A stretch of DNA of 64,000 nt from NCBI RefSeq assembly GCF_964355755.1, contig NC_092673.1, positions 8,060,001 to 8,124,000 of the forward strand. The letters run 5' to 3'. The first letter of the stretch is position 1. Every line of letters begins with the position of its first letter. Shown piece by piece: positions 14,123 through 26,700 of the stretch. The notes below the pieces were generated by a model. It made no database searches and had not been told where the DNA came from. It saw only the letters and a list, made by a program, of their open reading frames with translations. Both the position numbers and the translations under genes were made by a program. Origin of the DNA: Antedon mediterranea. Taxonomy: Eukaryota; Animalia; Echinodermata.

Positions 14123-14954
14123 TATGGAACGCCGTTTACGCAACATTTCGATGATATGAATTTTATGACGCGATATGTGAATGAAATGCATCGATATGAA
14201 TTGAATGGCGTGATATATGAATGAAATGTTTTGAATTGAATGCTTTGAATTGAATGTTTTGAATAAAATGTTTTGAATGAAATGTTTTGAATTGAATGTT
14301 TTGAATAAAATGTTTTGAATGAAATGTTTTGAATGAAATGTTTTGAATGAAATGTTTTGAATGAAATTTGAATTGAATTGAAAAGTCAAACTATTGGCGG
14401 CGTATGTCATTCCCGCTCGCGATTTTTTGTCAACCTCTTAATAGGCCTAAGCATGGGTACCCTCATCTCCTTTCAACGCTGTCATCAATATGAATCCTTT
14501 ACAGAGAGACTCCCTAACAGACCTGAAACATTGGAATACATATTTCCGAACCCAGGTATGTTAGGATTCTCTGTAAAGGCAGCGTGGAAGAAAGGAGATG
14601 AGGGTACCCAGGCTTAGGCCTAAGAGGTTGAGAAAATAATCGCGAGCGAGAATGACATACGCCACCAATAGTTTGACTTTTCAATTCAATTCAAACATTT
14701 CATTCAAAACATTTCATTCAAAACATTTCATTCAAAACATTTCATTCAAAACATTTCATTCAAACATTTCATTCAAAACATTTCATTCAAAACATTTCAT
14801 TCAAAACATTTCATTCAAAATATTCAATTCAAAGCATTCAATTCAAAACATTTCATTCATATATCGCACCATTTAATTCATATCGATGCATTTCATTCAC
14901 ATATCGCGTCATAAAATTCATATCATCGAAATGTTGCGTAAACGGCGTTCCATA
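14123..14954. mobile_element. Fold-back MITE with TATGG..CCATA ends and 6-bp TSD (IS3EU-like)
   Basis: Near-perfect long TIRs containing (GAATGAAATGTTTT)n 14-mers; TSD TGAAAA at 14117-14122 and 14955-14960; inner arms are also inverted. Confidence 0.85.
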
Positions 14955-15469
14955 TGAAAATGTTCCAGTTAAGAATCCAAACAGCTTTATCTCCTACATA
15001 ATGTAGGGATGTGAAAGTAATAAAGATTTAAACAAATTAAAAATACCAGTATTTTGCATTATACGCGCTTTTCGTTCAATATACTGTTAATTGAAGTGTT
15101 ACAAATTGTCCATTTGACTAAAAGCACAAGATAGTTGCCATAGCATAGCACATTTTAAACAATATTTTATATTAAATCCATGTTTTGTTATCCATACTAA
15201 TGTATTATTACCAAATTTTTACACAATTAAAAAAATAATTGTTTTAATTATATTACTACAGTATGCCTAAATTAAATTAAAACATTAAATCATAAATATG
15301 CATATTAAATAAATTTGCCATTTATTGTTACATTATCTTGCCAGACTCTTGGGTTATCTTTAAAAATGTTTCCCTGAACATTTGTTAGACTTTCCAAGTA
15401 AAAGGGCCGAACAAAAAGAGCCACAGAAGGCAGTAGCGGCGTTCCATACTCCTGAACAGGGCGGAAAAA

Positions 15470-15590
15470 AAAGGGGAAATTCCGCATACACCATCAAGGC
15501 TGGGCTGGGTGGGGCCGGCCGGGGAGGGAGAGAGAGTGTGAGTGTTGTCAAAGTATAAAACGTACGTTAGAAGAACATCTTGGTAAGTAA
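15470..15590 (+). promoter_or_regulatory. Candidate promoter and non-coding first exon of copy B, with a consensus NF-kB site
   Basis: GGGAAATTCC at 15474-15483; GC-rich tract; strong donor TTG|GTAAGT at ~15583; CTAG/AGGCCT-rich tract downstream, as also seen in the CISD3 5' region. Confidence 0.4.
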
Positions 15591-15629
15591 AATGAGGAAG
15601 ATTTCGAGTTAGATAGCATTTGAATGTTG

Positions 15630-15720
15630 CCAGGCCGAGTTGACTTGCTTGAGGCCGACTTGACGTGGGGCCGACTTGACTTTGGCCGAGACGGTTTGGG
15701 GCCGACTTGACCTGCACCCC
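15630..15720. repeat. Short GGCCGACTTGAC tandem motifs (MITE subterminal remnant)
   Basis: Four to five copies of GGCCGA(G/C)TTGAC. Confidence 0.5.
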
Positions 15721-16499
15721 CATTAACTTCATAAATACTAGGCTATAATAAGTAAAGTAATGTTTTTTGTAGGCGGCCTCCGCTTCCTACTTATAATAGC
15801 TAGGCCTAGGCGCGGCTAGGGCCTACTCCTAGCTAGCTAGGCTAGGCCTAGGCCTATATAGCTAGGCCTAGGCCTATATAGCTAGGCCTAGGTCCCATAG
15901 CTAGTAGTAGTACTACTACTATCCTATTAGAGAGAGCCTGACCTAGCTAGTATAGCTAGGCTACTACTACTAGTAGTAGTAGTAGGCCTAGTAGTATCTA
16001 GAGGCTTACTGTAGGCTATACTAGCATAGTAGTCGTTCTCGGATTTATCTCCTTGAAAATGCTAGCGCAGGGATAGTTTCGCACTTGTTCTTGTATTTTA
16101 CTGTATTTTCGCACCTAACTTGAAACTCCAATTTAAAAACATTTAAAAACAAGATCCAAGGCAAGTGATATATTGACCAATCACAAGAGATGGATTATTC
16201 AAACTATTGCTTGTCATTGTATTGGTGAATTTTTGCCTCATTGCGTTGCATTCTTCCCACTAGGATACAATTTTTTGAACGTCTTAGTGGTAATTAAGCT
16301 CTACAGTGTGCCCAGAGATCTTGATTGAGTGGTTTGATGCGAAATTAGGAGTCAAAATACAGATACAGGTGCGAAAGACTAGCGCTAAAAAGTGTATTGT
16401 TGGTTCATTCAATAGGGCCTAGTAATACCTAAGAACACATGTAGGACTTTATAAACTTCAACTTCAATGTGCAACTTCAATTATGAGCACATACAGTGT

Positions 16500-19100
16500 C
16501 CAACCAAACTCGCTTTTGGCGTACCACAAGGTTTGGTAATTGTCAGACGACAGATATGGTCCGGGGCCAAAATCGATCTTCCTTTAATTTTAATTAAATT
16601 ACTAGGCCTACGATATGTTTTAAGTTGTTTATGGCTATAAAAATATCCCTGATATTTATAAGTTATCTTATGAATATATCTATATAAATACTAGAAATAA
16701 ATAAATGTATTTTAACTATAAAAACATGACTGTTCAGTCAGATTCAGCCTGTCGCACACCCACATGAACGGCTATGGAATGCTGATATTGCCAGGCGGAT
16801 TTTATTTTATGATTGAGGCTTTTTCATTCCTCGGCCTAATCAATATTGGTATAATTGTTTTATAATAATTGCATTGAATTTATTTATTGTTTGATTAACC
16901 CTAAATAAATGAACTATATTTTTAACATCATGGGGAAACGAAAAAAAAAGAACAGTATTGATTAAAAATAGACAAATATTGTACACAAAAAGCCTAACAA
17001 TTGGTACTAATTATTGATGAGTTGCTACTAATTAATAATGATAATTTAAAACCAGGCTTAATTAATAATAAAATAACAAATAAAACCCAGTAGTTTTCAA
17101 TATAATTTTTTTGAATGATAATAGATTATGACTAATTTTGCACACCATATATTTGTAAGACTGGACCATATTTGGCAGCCAAAAACAGTCCTACTGTAGC
17201 TTCCCAGACCAATTTTATCCACGCAGTTTTGGCAGCCAAAATTGGTCCGCTGCAACGGTTTTGGCCCGGACCAATTTTGGTATGTACAGCACCACTACAG
17301 GATATTATTGCACCTCATGACATCCAATTCATGGTCCATGCTGATGTTGTATTTACCTTTCCATCCTGAAAACTGCTGTACTGTATGTAAATCCAATCTG
17401 CACTGACCCTCCCACACGTGAAGAAACAGCAGAAGCTATCACAGCTATGAAAACAAACAAAGCAGCTGGCCTCGATTGTGCTATTACGGCAGGAGCCCTC
17501 CAAGGAGGTGGTGACCAGATGATTAATACCATCCATGCCTTTAGCTCGGAGGTGTACTCAAATATGTCGCCTCCTAAACAGTGGCTGACAAATGTCATCA
17601 TCCCACTGCCAAAGAAAGGTGATCTGTCAATTATGACAAACTACAGGGGCATCTCTCTCATGTCGATAGCTGCGAAGGTTTACAACAGAATCCTTCTAAA
17701 CCGCATTTGGCCTACATTGATCCGCTGCTCCGGAAGAATCAGGCAGGCTTTCGCCCAGGCCGCAGCTGTGCTCAGCAAATACACATCTTGAGAAGAATTA
17801 TGGAAGGCTTCAGAGACTACCAACTTCCGTTAATAGTCACCTTTTTGATTTCAAGAAAGCCTTCGACTCGATCAATAGGTCAGTGATGTTTACAGTCCTA
17901 CGTCACTATGGCATTCCAGAACCCTTGGTAAATGCTATCCAGGTACTGTATACCAATTCTAGCAGTAGAGTCATGGTTGATGGCAGCATCTCAAACTCCT
18001 TTAGTGTAACAACTGGAGTACTTCAAGGTGATATTATCTTGGTGGATTATCTGCTGCTCCGGTCATCAGAATGCGACTCAGGAGTTGTGACTTGCCCACG
18101 AAAATCAAGAAGGTATCCAGCGAAAGTCTTAAATGATTTAGACTTTGCAGATGACATCGCCCTGCTTGAGTCTTCAATACCTCGTGCCCAATCACAGCTA
18201 ACCAGAACTGCCAATGCTGCCGCTGACCTAGGGCTTATCATTAGTGCCCCTAAAACGGAGTATATGGTATTCAACTGCTGTTCACAGCCCCCACTTGAAG
18301 TTTATGGAAATGCAATCAATCATGCAACCAACTTCAAATACCTCGGCTCCATGATGGCATCTAGCAGTGGGGATTTTAAAAGAAGAAAGGGTCTTGCCTG
18401 AACAGCATTTTGGAAGCTAGAACGTTTGTGGAGATGTTTTAACATCCCAATCTCCACCAAAGTAAAGCTGTACAATACAACCTGTGTTACTGTCCTTGTG
18501 TATGGCTGCGAGTCTTGGGTCCTCTCTAAGGCGATGGAAAGTGAAATCAACGTGTTTGGCACTTCATGCTATAGAATCATGCTAAATATCAAGAGAACAG
18601 ATAGGGTGCCAAATGCTTCTATCTATGACCTAACCAAGACCAGACCGCTAGTGGAAAATATTAGATCCCGTCAATTAAAGTTCCTGGGTCACACGCTTCG
18701 AATGCCTGATGACGAACCATGCAAAGAGTACGCTCTGTATGTTCCTCAACATGGGAAAAGAAAACGAGGAAGGCAGAAAACCAACTTTCTGAGATACATC
18801 CAACAGCTTTTAGGGGATGAAGGAGGCATGATTACAACTGATAAGCTGTCAGAGTTAGCCAAGGACCGTTGTGGCTGGAGAAAGCTTGTAGTCGCCTGCT
18901 CCGCAGCCGACTGATGATGATGATGATGTAAATTGGAAGCCTGTATTGCTGACATCAGATTATGGTGCAAGATTAACATGATTGTACTAAATGATGCTAA
19001 GACCGAGCTTGTTTATTTTTCATCTCGTTTCCATCATGTCAACTGGGTACCTTCCTGTGAAGATTGGAATGCATCAATACAACCATCACATGTCACTCTA
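16500..19100 (+). mobile_element. Old L2-like RT fragment interrupted by two insertions
   Basis: FGVPQG at ~16515; TAPLQDIIAPHDIQFMVHAD at 17285-17345; KLEACIADIRLWCKINMIVLNDAKTELVYF from ~18930. Confidence 0.65.
17393..18925 (+). mobile_element. 5'-truncated RTE-clade LINE
   Basis: KAAGLD, NYRGISL, DFKKAFDS, GVLQGD, DFADDIALL, FKYLGS, LVYGCESW; (TGA)n tail; TSD ATGTAAAT at 17385-17392 and 18926-18933; frameshifts and stops. Confidence 0.92.
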
Positions 19101-19639
19101 CACTTAGTACTGTATTTCACATAAAGTAGACAACATATGCAAACACAGGAGCCTAAGCTTAAGGGATGAGCAGTGATGAAACGACCTGTCATACTGTACT
19201 AAAAAAATGGCAGTACAGGTATCTATGCTTACATAGTGTACAGTACAAACAATTCAAGATAATAGTTTTAACAGTCCAAGATTCTGCAGATTTCCAAAGT
19301 CAGTATAATGTCCACTGCACTGTTCAGTGTAATCCGTATATTAAGTTTTTCCTTTCCACAATGCAAAACGCTCAGTTCCTTGTCTCTTGGCACCCTGATC
19401 ATCCCTATGGTTGTGACTGTACTTCAGACTTGTGTCATAATCTGATCCGTTGAAGTTTGTTTTATCCTCTCTTCACAGTACCTATCCTTCCTGTTTTCCT
19501 ACAATATTTTAATAATACTTTTCAACAATTTGCATTACAAATAGCTCGACAATTTGCATACAAATACAGCTTGACACTTGTACATCAGCAATATACAATA
19601 TGTATGGCAATGGTATATGGCATAAAATACAGGCATTAT

Positions 19640-20460
19640 TATTTATTTATTTATTTCATTTCCCAACCAACAGTGAACTCATGGTTCACCACTTACAGGA
19701 GGGAACACAGACAAACACGTACACATACAATAAAAAATATTAAACTAAACTACTAACAATGTTATGAAAATCACAGATATTATTACTAAAAATATTTAAC
19801 TCAGGGTTTCTTAAAGTAAAAGAATTAGAAGTTTGACTTAATCTACTAATAAAACCATTTTTTAAAACATTTACTCTACTAAAAGGAATATGAAAAGTAG
19901 GATTTCTTCTAAGACGACGAAAAGGGACTCTAAGATAAAAATTACTAACTAAGTTACAGTCAAATAAAGAATTAACACATTTATACAAAAAAACAAGATC
20001 AAAAAAGAAATTGGATGGATAATTGAATAATAAAGGTGGATTTTTGTTTGCCTGTCAAAATGTTTACAATTACGCCACATCAGCCCAAGCAGTCTATTGC
20101 ACCAAGATAATCAATATGAAAAGAAAAACAAAGGGAACTATCAATAAAAACACCAAGATCTTTTTGCGATTGCACCCTGTTAATGGGATTGTCATGAATT
20201 AAATAATAATGAAATAAAATTTTCTTTTTCAAAGTAAGGGTATGTCCCTCAATCCGGTAACTTAACTATTACTAATAGTTAAGTTACCGGATTGAGGGAC
20301 ATACCCCATAAAGCTGCCAAAGAACATAATTTGTCCAAGTCCACCTGAAGCTTGTCGGCATCCTCAACACTACCAATAATTTTGTATAACTTAACATCAT
20401 CAGCAAACATAAGACATCTGGAGTGGGTAAAGAGTTTTGTATTATGTAGTTAATATACAG
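19640..20460 (-). mobile_element. Degraded CR1-like LINE 3' fragment
   Basis: Minus-strand MFADDVKLYK...LQVDLDKL, KDLGVFID, YKCVNSLFDC...FSRVNVLKNGFISRL; (TAAA)n tail at ~19640. Confidence 0.7.
20238..20306. repeat. Perfect 69-bp palindrome (34-bp arms)
   Basis: GGGTATGTCCCTCAATCCGGTAACTTAACTATTA-C-TAATAGTTAAGTTACCGGATTGAGGGACATACCC. Confidence 0.95.
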
Positions 20461-20726
20461 TATCACATTCATTTCAAATCATTATTACAGATGAGCTTTT
20501 AAAATATAAAATAACCTGTCCAGTAATTTGCTTTTAAAATGAGATTAATTTTATAATAAAGTTTATTTCTTCCAATTTGTTTGAAAAATGTTGTTTAAAT
20601 GTTATAGTGCAATAAATGCCAGGCCCATCCCTAGGCTGCTAGGCAATTGTTTCCTAATGATCTGGTATATATATTTTTTATTTTCAGAAATGAAATATTG
20701 ATAGAAACTAAGTACTGGTTGACAAC

Positions 20727-23700
20727 ATGGCAGAATCAGGTACATGTGGACCTTAATATTTTTAATGTCTTATATTTTGAAAATCAAAAGATTTTTAGTT
20801 TTCAAATTTCAATACTCATAAGACAAACTACCCAAAATGGAAAACGAATAGGTTAAGAAACTATAGTATTCTTGTTAATGAATAAACATAAAAATGTGCT
20901 TGCTTTGACTACTTTTTCTGTGTTTTAACTGAAACATTTCCACAAACAAACCTACTTAGTACAGGCAATCTATGAAAAAAAAGGGGATAACCCAAAACAA
21001 ATTGCAATAGTTTTTAAACCTTTTTTATCTGATTCAGTACCTAATAGGACACTTTCTTTTCAAAATCTACCATATAATATATAATTTAGGGGTCATTTGA
21101 GGTCAAATAGGTCAAATTTGGTATTAATCAGTTTTTTTCGATATAACTTATGACTGGTATAACATATTTTATCAATTGAAGTATCATATAATAGCTATTT
21201 TAATAATCTATCTAATGATAGCAAACTTGATATGTTTACATGCAAACATGGTATAGTTTTTGGGTGAAAATTGTATTTTTTAACAATTTTTATCAAAAAT
21301 TAAATTTTTTCAATAATTGTTTTTTTAGTAAAAATGTAACTTAATGACATATTTTTTAATCAACGTTTTACAAATATTTTGCCTATAATATAGTTATGTA
21401 AAATTTACAATATTAAAACTGAAACGTAATTTGGTACGGAATTACAGGCATTTAAATAGAAACACTCAAAATTTGAGGTCAAATAGGTCAAATTTGCTAT
21501 TAATCACTTTTTTAGATATAAATATGACTGATGTAACATATTTTATCAAATAAAGTATCACATAATAGCTATTCTAATTATTTATCTAATGATACCAAAC
21601 ATTCACATGCAAAAATTGTAAGTTTTTGGGTGAAAATTGTAATTTTTTACTTTTTTATCCAAAATGACAATTTTTCAAGAACTATATTTTTAGTAAAATG
21701 GAACTTAATGACATTTTTTAATACACATTTTTACCAATATTTTGCCTATAATATAGTCATGTTAAAGGGGGGTTCCGGGTTTAAAATGAATAGTAAACAA
21801 TGTAAAATATATTTGTTTGTCTCTTGAACGGTAAAAGTTTCAATTTATATAAGCGCCCAGTGAAGCAGAACGAAGGCTGTGAAATGAGGCCAGATCACAA
21901 GTGCAGCTACGGCAAAATCACACTGTGGTTACAGAATAGGAAATTCGTGAAATGATCAATCTTCCGACGACTCGTTATCATTAACCATATCAATTACTTT
22001 TGTAAAATTATACTTATCTGATGTAATTTTAGTCGGTCTTCCCATTTATAAAGTCAATTTTCTATGAAAATCCATCAAAACAGTGAAAATTTAGATAAGT
22101 TTGCACTTTACGTTTGCCGATTTTTGCACTGACTTAGGGAAAGCCTTCAAAATCAATGAAGCGTAACGTATACATTCCTGCTGAGCGAGGAGAGCGAGAC
22201 GACGATACACGTGCTCTCTCTGCCCATGCCTGGCATCGTCACGTGATAAGCAGATACAGTATACAATACCAAACTGGTCGGGTCGAGTATACCCCGTCTA
22301 TAATCACAACATGAACGATGTACAGTATTTGATTGAAGGTCGACTCAACCTACCGGAATGGTATAGATAATATAGCTCGAATGAGAGAGTTGGAATATTT
22401 GTAAACATAAGTACAGTATTGCTAATTTTAACAAGTGTAGCCTAAGTAAAAGGCCTGGTAGTATCAATTCGCATAGGGTCTACTACACTAGCTAGCTCAA
22501 TTTTTAACTGGGCCGGATCGGCTAGGCTAGGCTAGGTCTCGGGCCTTCCTACTACCGGTCTACTTGCTTGATGCAGTATCCGCTTTTTTGGAGAGTAAAC
22601 TAGGCCTACTTATTAGACGATCGGGACACCTTACGTGCGGACGGCGATCGGACCTTGTTTTGCCTCAATATTTACAGCCGATTTTTGTAGAACGTTTTAG
22701 GTTTAGATTGTTTAGGAGTTTGGTTGATAATGATAGGATGGGTTTGGAATCCACTGAGTTTTGTTATTTATGGGCCAATCGTTTAGTAATACTAATAGGC
22801 TAGCTAGGCACATGAATGATGGCCCCAATGTTTTAACGTAGCCATCGTGGCATGGAATCCCTAGTCAGAAATGGCTCTCACCCCGGCATGAATAAAATGA
22901 TTTAGGCTAGGCCTAGCCTAGTACGTGAAGCCGATATACGATCTGTACTATTAATTCGAGGTATAAAAATAGTATAATTTATGACTTCGTAAATATATGC
23001 TACTACTGTTATTATTACACTTTAGGCCTAGCTCAGCAAATCTACAAAAAATGTATTTCACAATGATCGGGTGGTCGTCGTTTGACAGAGGAGGGAGAAC
23101 ACAACGTATAAGCTTGACGTCGCGAGTTTGGAATCCACTGATGACGTGATTTTGTGAATATCTCATGAATATTAATGAGCTTCCCTAAGCTGCTGAAAAA
23201 CAGATTTTCCATGAATTTACCCTAAAATGTATATGAAATTTAATTTTTTTAATTTCTCGTTATTACTTCTTCATTCTGACATGTCTATATTGTTATAATA
23301 TTTTTTATTTAATAAATAAACGACATTTAAAAGCAATTTTGAACCCAGAATCCCCCTTTAAATTTACAATATCCAAACTGAAACGCAATTTGGTACGGAA
23401 TTACAGGAATTTAAATAGAAACACTAACAAAATTTGAAGTCAAATGTTACAATGGTCCAAACCAGGACAAAACTGCGATTTTTTCTGTCTAAGTTTTCTC
23501 AATGGATTTTCCACTCGGAATTTTCCACTCGGAATTTTCATCCAAATACTATACATAATCTTTGGAGCCACGCTTACTTTTCCCCCAAGTCTAAGATGGC
23601 GTCCAAAATTCAAAATGGCTGCACAAATTGTATAAACTGAATTCATAATGGCTATAAAATGTTCTTTCCCCACTTTTTAAAGTGGATACGCCATCCTCAG

Positions 23701-26700
23701 CATGTATCTTTTAATTTAAAATGTCCTCCAACATTCAAGATGGCCACCAACATTTTAAATGGCTGCTAAATTGACTTTTAATTGACATTTAATTTTGCCT
23801 ATTAAATTGGCTTTCTAAACTTTTTAGATGGTTATGTCATCCTCAGGCATGTCATATTAAAATTAGCATGAGATTCAAAATCTAAAATGGCTGCCAAATT
23901 CCAAAATAATTCCACCATATTCATGAATTGTGTTGGGTAATGAAGAAAAAAAAAAAAATCTCAAAAACACAAGGTTCCACCTACAGTACCTAGTTAACAC
24001 AATGTTGAGAATTGTTAGTTGGAGGTCTCCATTTCCATTCAAGATTTATAAAAAAAAAACAGAGACCGCCATCTAGAACACAATATTGTGTAGGGCTTTT
24101 ACAATTCATCGCAGGCAGAGACGAGACCTCTCCCTCTAGAACACACTAGAAAAATGTTAATGGCGTCTTTGCCCTGAAGAAATCTTGAGAGAGAGACTAC
24201 AGTATCCTACTGTAGGTTCTATGCTGGTTTCCCCTGAACATTTGAAGAAAAACCAGTAGTAGATGTCCAGGTGAACAATTTACTTGTGAAAAATGTCCAT
24301 GGGAAAATGTGCAAGGAAAAATGTCCCTGTTCCCAGCCTGTTTCCCTTACTGTACTAAATAAATGACATAATATTGACAGTTTAGTTTAGTTTTATGTTT
24401 TTAAGTAATATTGAAAACAAAAGGCTCCATCTAAAACACAAAATTGAGAATGTTTAGTAGGAGTCTCTGTTTTCATAATTTCACAGTAACACCACCCTCT
24501 TGAACATAATATTGTGAACTTTTTTTAGGGAGAGGTCTCTATTTTCAAAAACCCGAAAACAGAGACCCGATATAGAATACAATATTAAGAAAAATTTTTA
24601 TTAGAAATATCTGTTTTGGAGATTTCTTGAAAAGAGAGACCACAGTGAAACTTTTCAATATTGTGTTAGGTTGTTCCCTGTTTTTAAGGTATCTCAAAAC
24701 CCCTACTGTGTTTTACTGACAAAAACAAAAAACACCATAAAATATAACATTGAAAACTTTTAGTGGCAGTCTCTGTTTTTGAAAACCGGAAAACAGAGAC
24801 CCAGTATGAATACAATTTTTAGTGGGGATCTACGTTTTCAGGAAGTCCTGACAATAGCGACCGCCCTATTAAGCTCTGTCAACACTATCAAACTTTATGT
24901 GACAAATAAATGTGATGTGCCCAAATATTGACATGATGATGTCATATCACTACCATATTTGGGCACATCAAATTTTTTGTCACATAAAGTTTGATAGTGT
25001 AGACAGTGCTTAAAGGGGGGTTCCGGGTTTAAAATGAATAGTAAAAAATGTAAAATATATTTGTTTTTCTCTTGAACGGTGAAAGTTTCAATTTATATAA
25101 GCGCCCAGTGAAGCAGAACGAAGGCTGTGAAATCAGGCCAGATTACAAGTGCAGCTACGGCAAAATCACACTGTGGTTACAAAATAGGAAATTCGTGAAA
25201 TGGTCCATCTTCCGACGACTCGTTATCATAAACCATATCAATTACTTTTGTAAAATTATACTTATCTGATGTAATTTTAGTCGGTCTTCCCATTTATAAA
25301 GTCAATTTTTTTATGAAAATTCATCAAAACAGTGAAAAATTAGATATGTTTGCACTTTACGTTTGCCGATTTTCGCACCGACTTAGGGAAAAATCAAAAT
25401 CAATGAAGCGTAACGTATACTGTACATTCCTGCTGAGGATCGAGCGAGACGAAAATACACGTGCTCTCTCTGCTGCCCATGCCTGGCATCGTCACGTGAT
25501 AAGCAGATACAACAATACCAAACTGGTCGGGTCGAGTATACCCCGTCTATAATCACAACATGAACGATGTACAGTATTTGATTGAAGGTCGACTTGACCT
25601 ACCGGAATGGTATAGATAATATAGCTCGAATGAGAGAGTTGGAATATTTGTGTAGTGCAGCCTATATAGTTAAAAGGCCTGGTAGTATCAATTCGCATAG
25701 GGTCTACTACACTAGCTAGCTCAATTTTTAACTGGGCCGGATCGGCTAGGTCTCCTTCCTACCTACTACCTGGTCTACTTGCTTGATGCATGAGTATCCG
25801 CTTTTTTGGAGAGTAAACTAAGCCTATTTTATTTTAGGCCTACTTAGACGATCGGGACACCATACGTGTGGACGGCGATCGGACCTTGTTTTGCTTCAAT
25901 ATTTACAGCCGATTTTGTAGAACGTTTTAGGTTTAGATTGTTTAGGAGTTTGGTTGATAGGATGGGTTTTGTTATTTATGGGCCAATCGTCTAGTAGTAG
26001 GCTAGCTAGGCCCATGGGCCCCATTGTTTTAACGTAGCCATCGTGGCATGAAATCCCTAGTCAGAATGGCTCTCGCCCATATTATTATTAGGCTAGGCCT
26101 AGAGTAGTATTGTACGTGAAGCCGATAATACGATCTGTACTATAGAGGTATAAAAATAGTATAATTTATGACTCCGTATCTGTACTAAATTTTGTATTTC
26201 ATTAAATGTCAAATAAATATATGCTACTACTGTTATTATTACACTTTAGGCCTAGCTTAGAAAATCTACAAAAAATGTATTTCACAATGATCGGGTAGTC
26301 GTCGTTTGACAGGGGAGAGAGATGTAAATTAGTTGACAAACACAACGTACATGACGTCGCGAGTTTGGAATCCACTGGTGACGTGATTTTGTGAATATCT
26401 CATGAATATTAATGAGCTTCCCTAAGCTGCTGAAAAACAGACTTTCCATGAATTTACCCTAAATGTATATGAAATTTAATTTTTTTAATTTCTCGTTATT
26501 ACTTCTTCATTCTGACATGTCTATATTGTTATAATATTTTTTATTTAATAAATAAACGATATTTAAAACCAATTTTAAACCCAGAATCCCCCTTTAACAC
26601 AATATTGAGAGTTTCTAGTCGTGCCTCTGTATTTGTAAAGATTTCTTGAAAATAGAGACCACAATATTGAGAAGCCCAATGGCCCAATATGTGTTTTTGA

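Noticed and set aside
14108-14876. Repetitive ORFs (FHSKHFIQNISFKT)
   Set aside because: Translations of the 14-bp satellite in the MITE arms.
25072-25698. Short ORFs within the Kolobok-like element as a transposase
   Set aside because: No DDE/THAP motifs, and the frames are broken in the sister copy.
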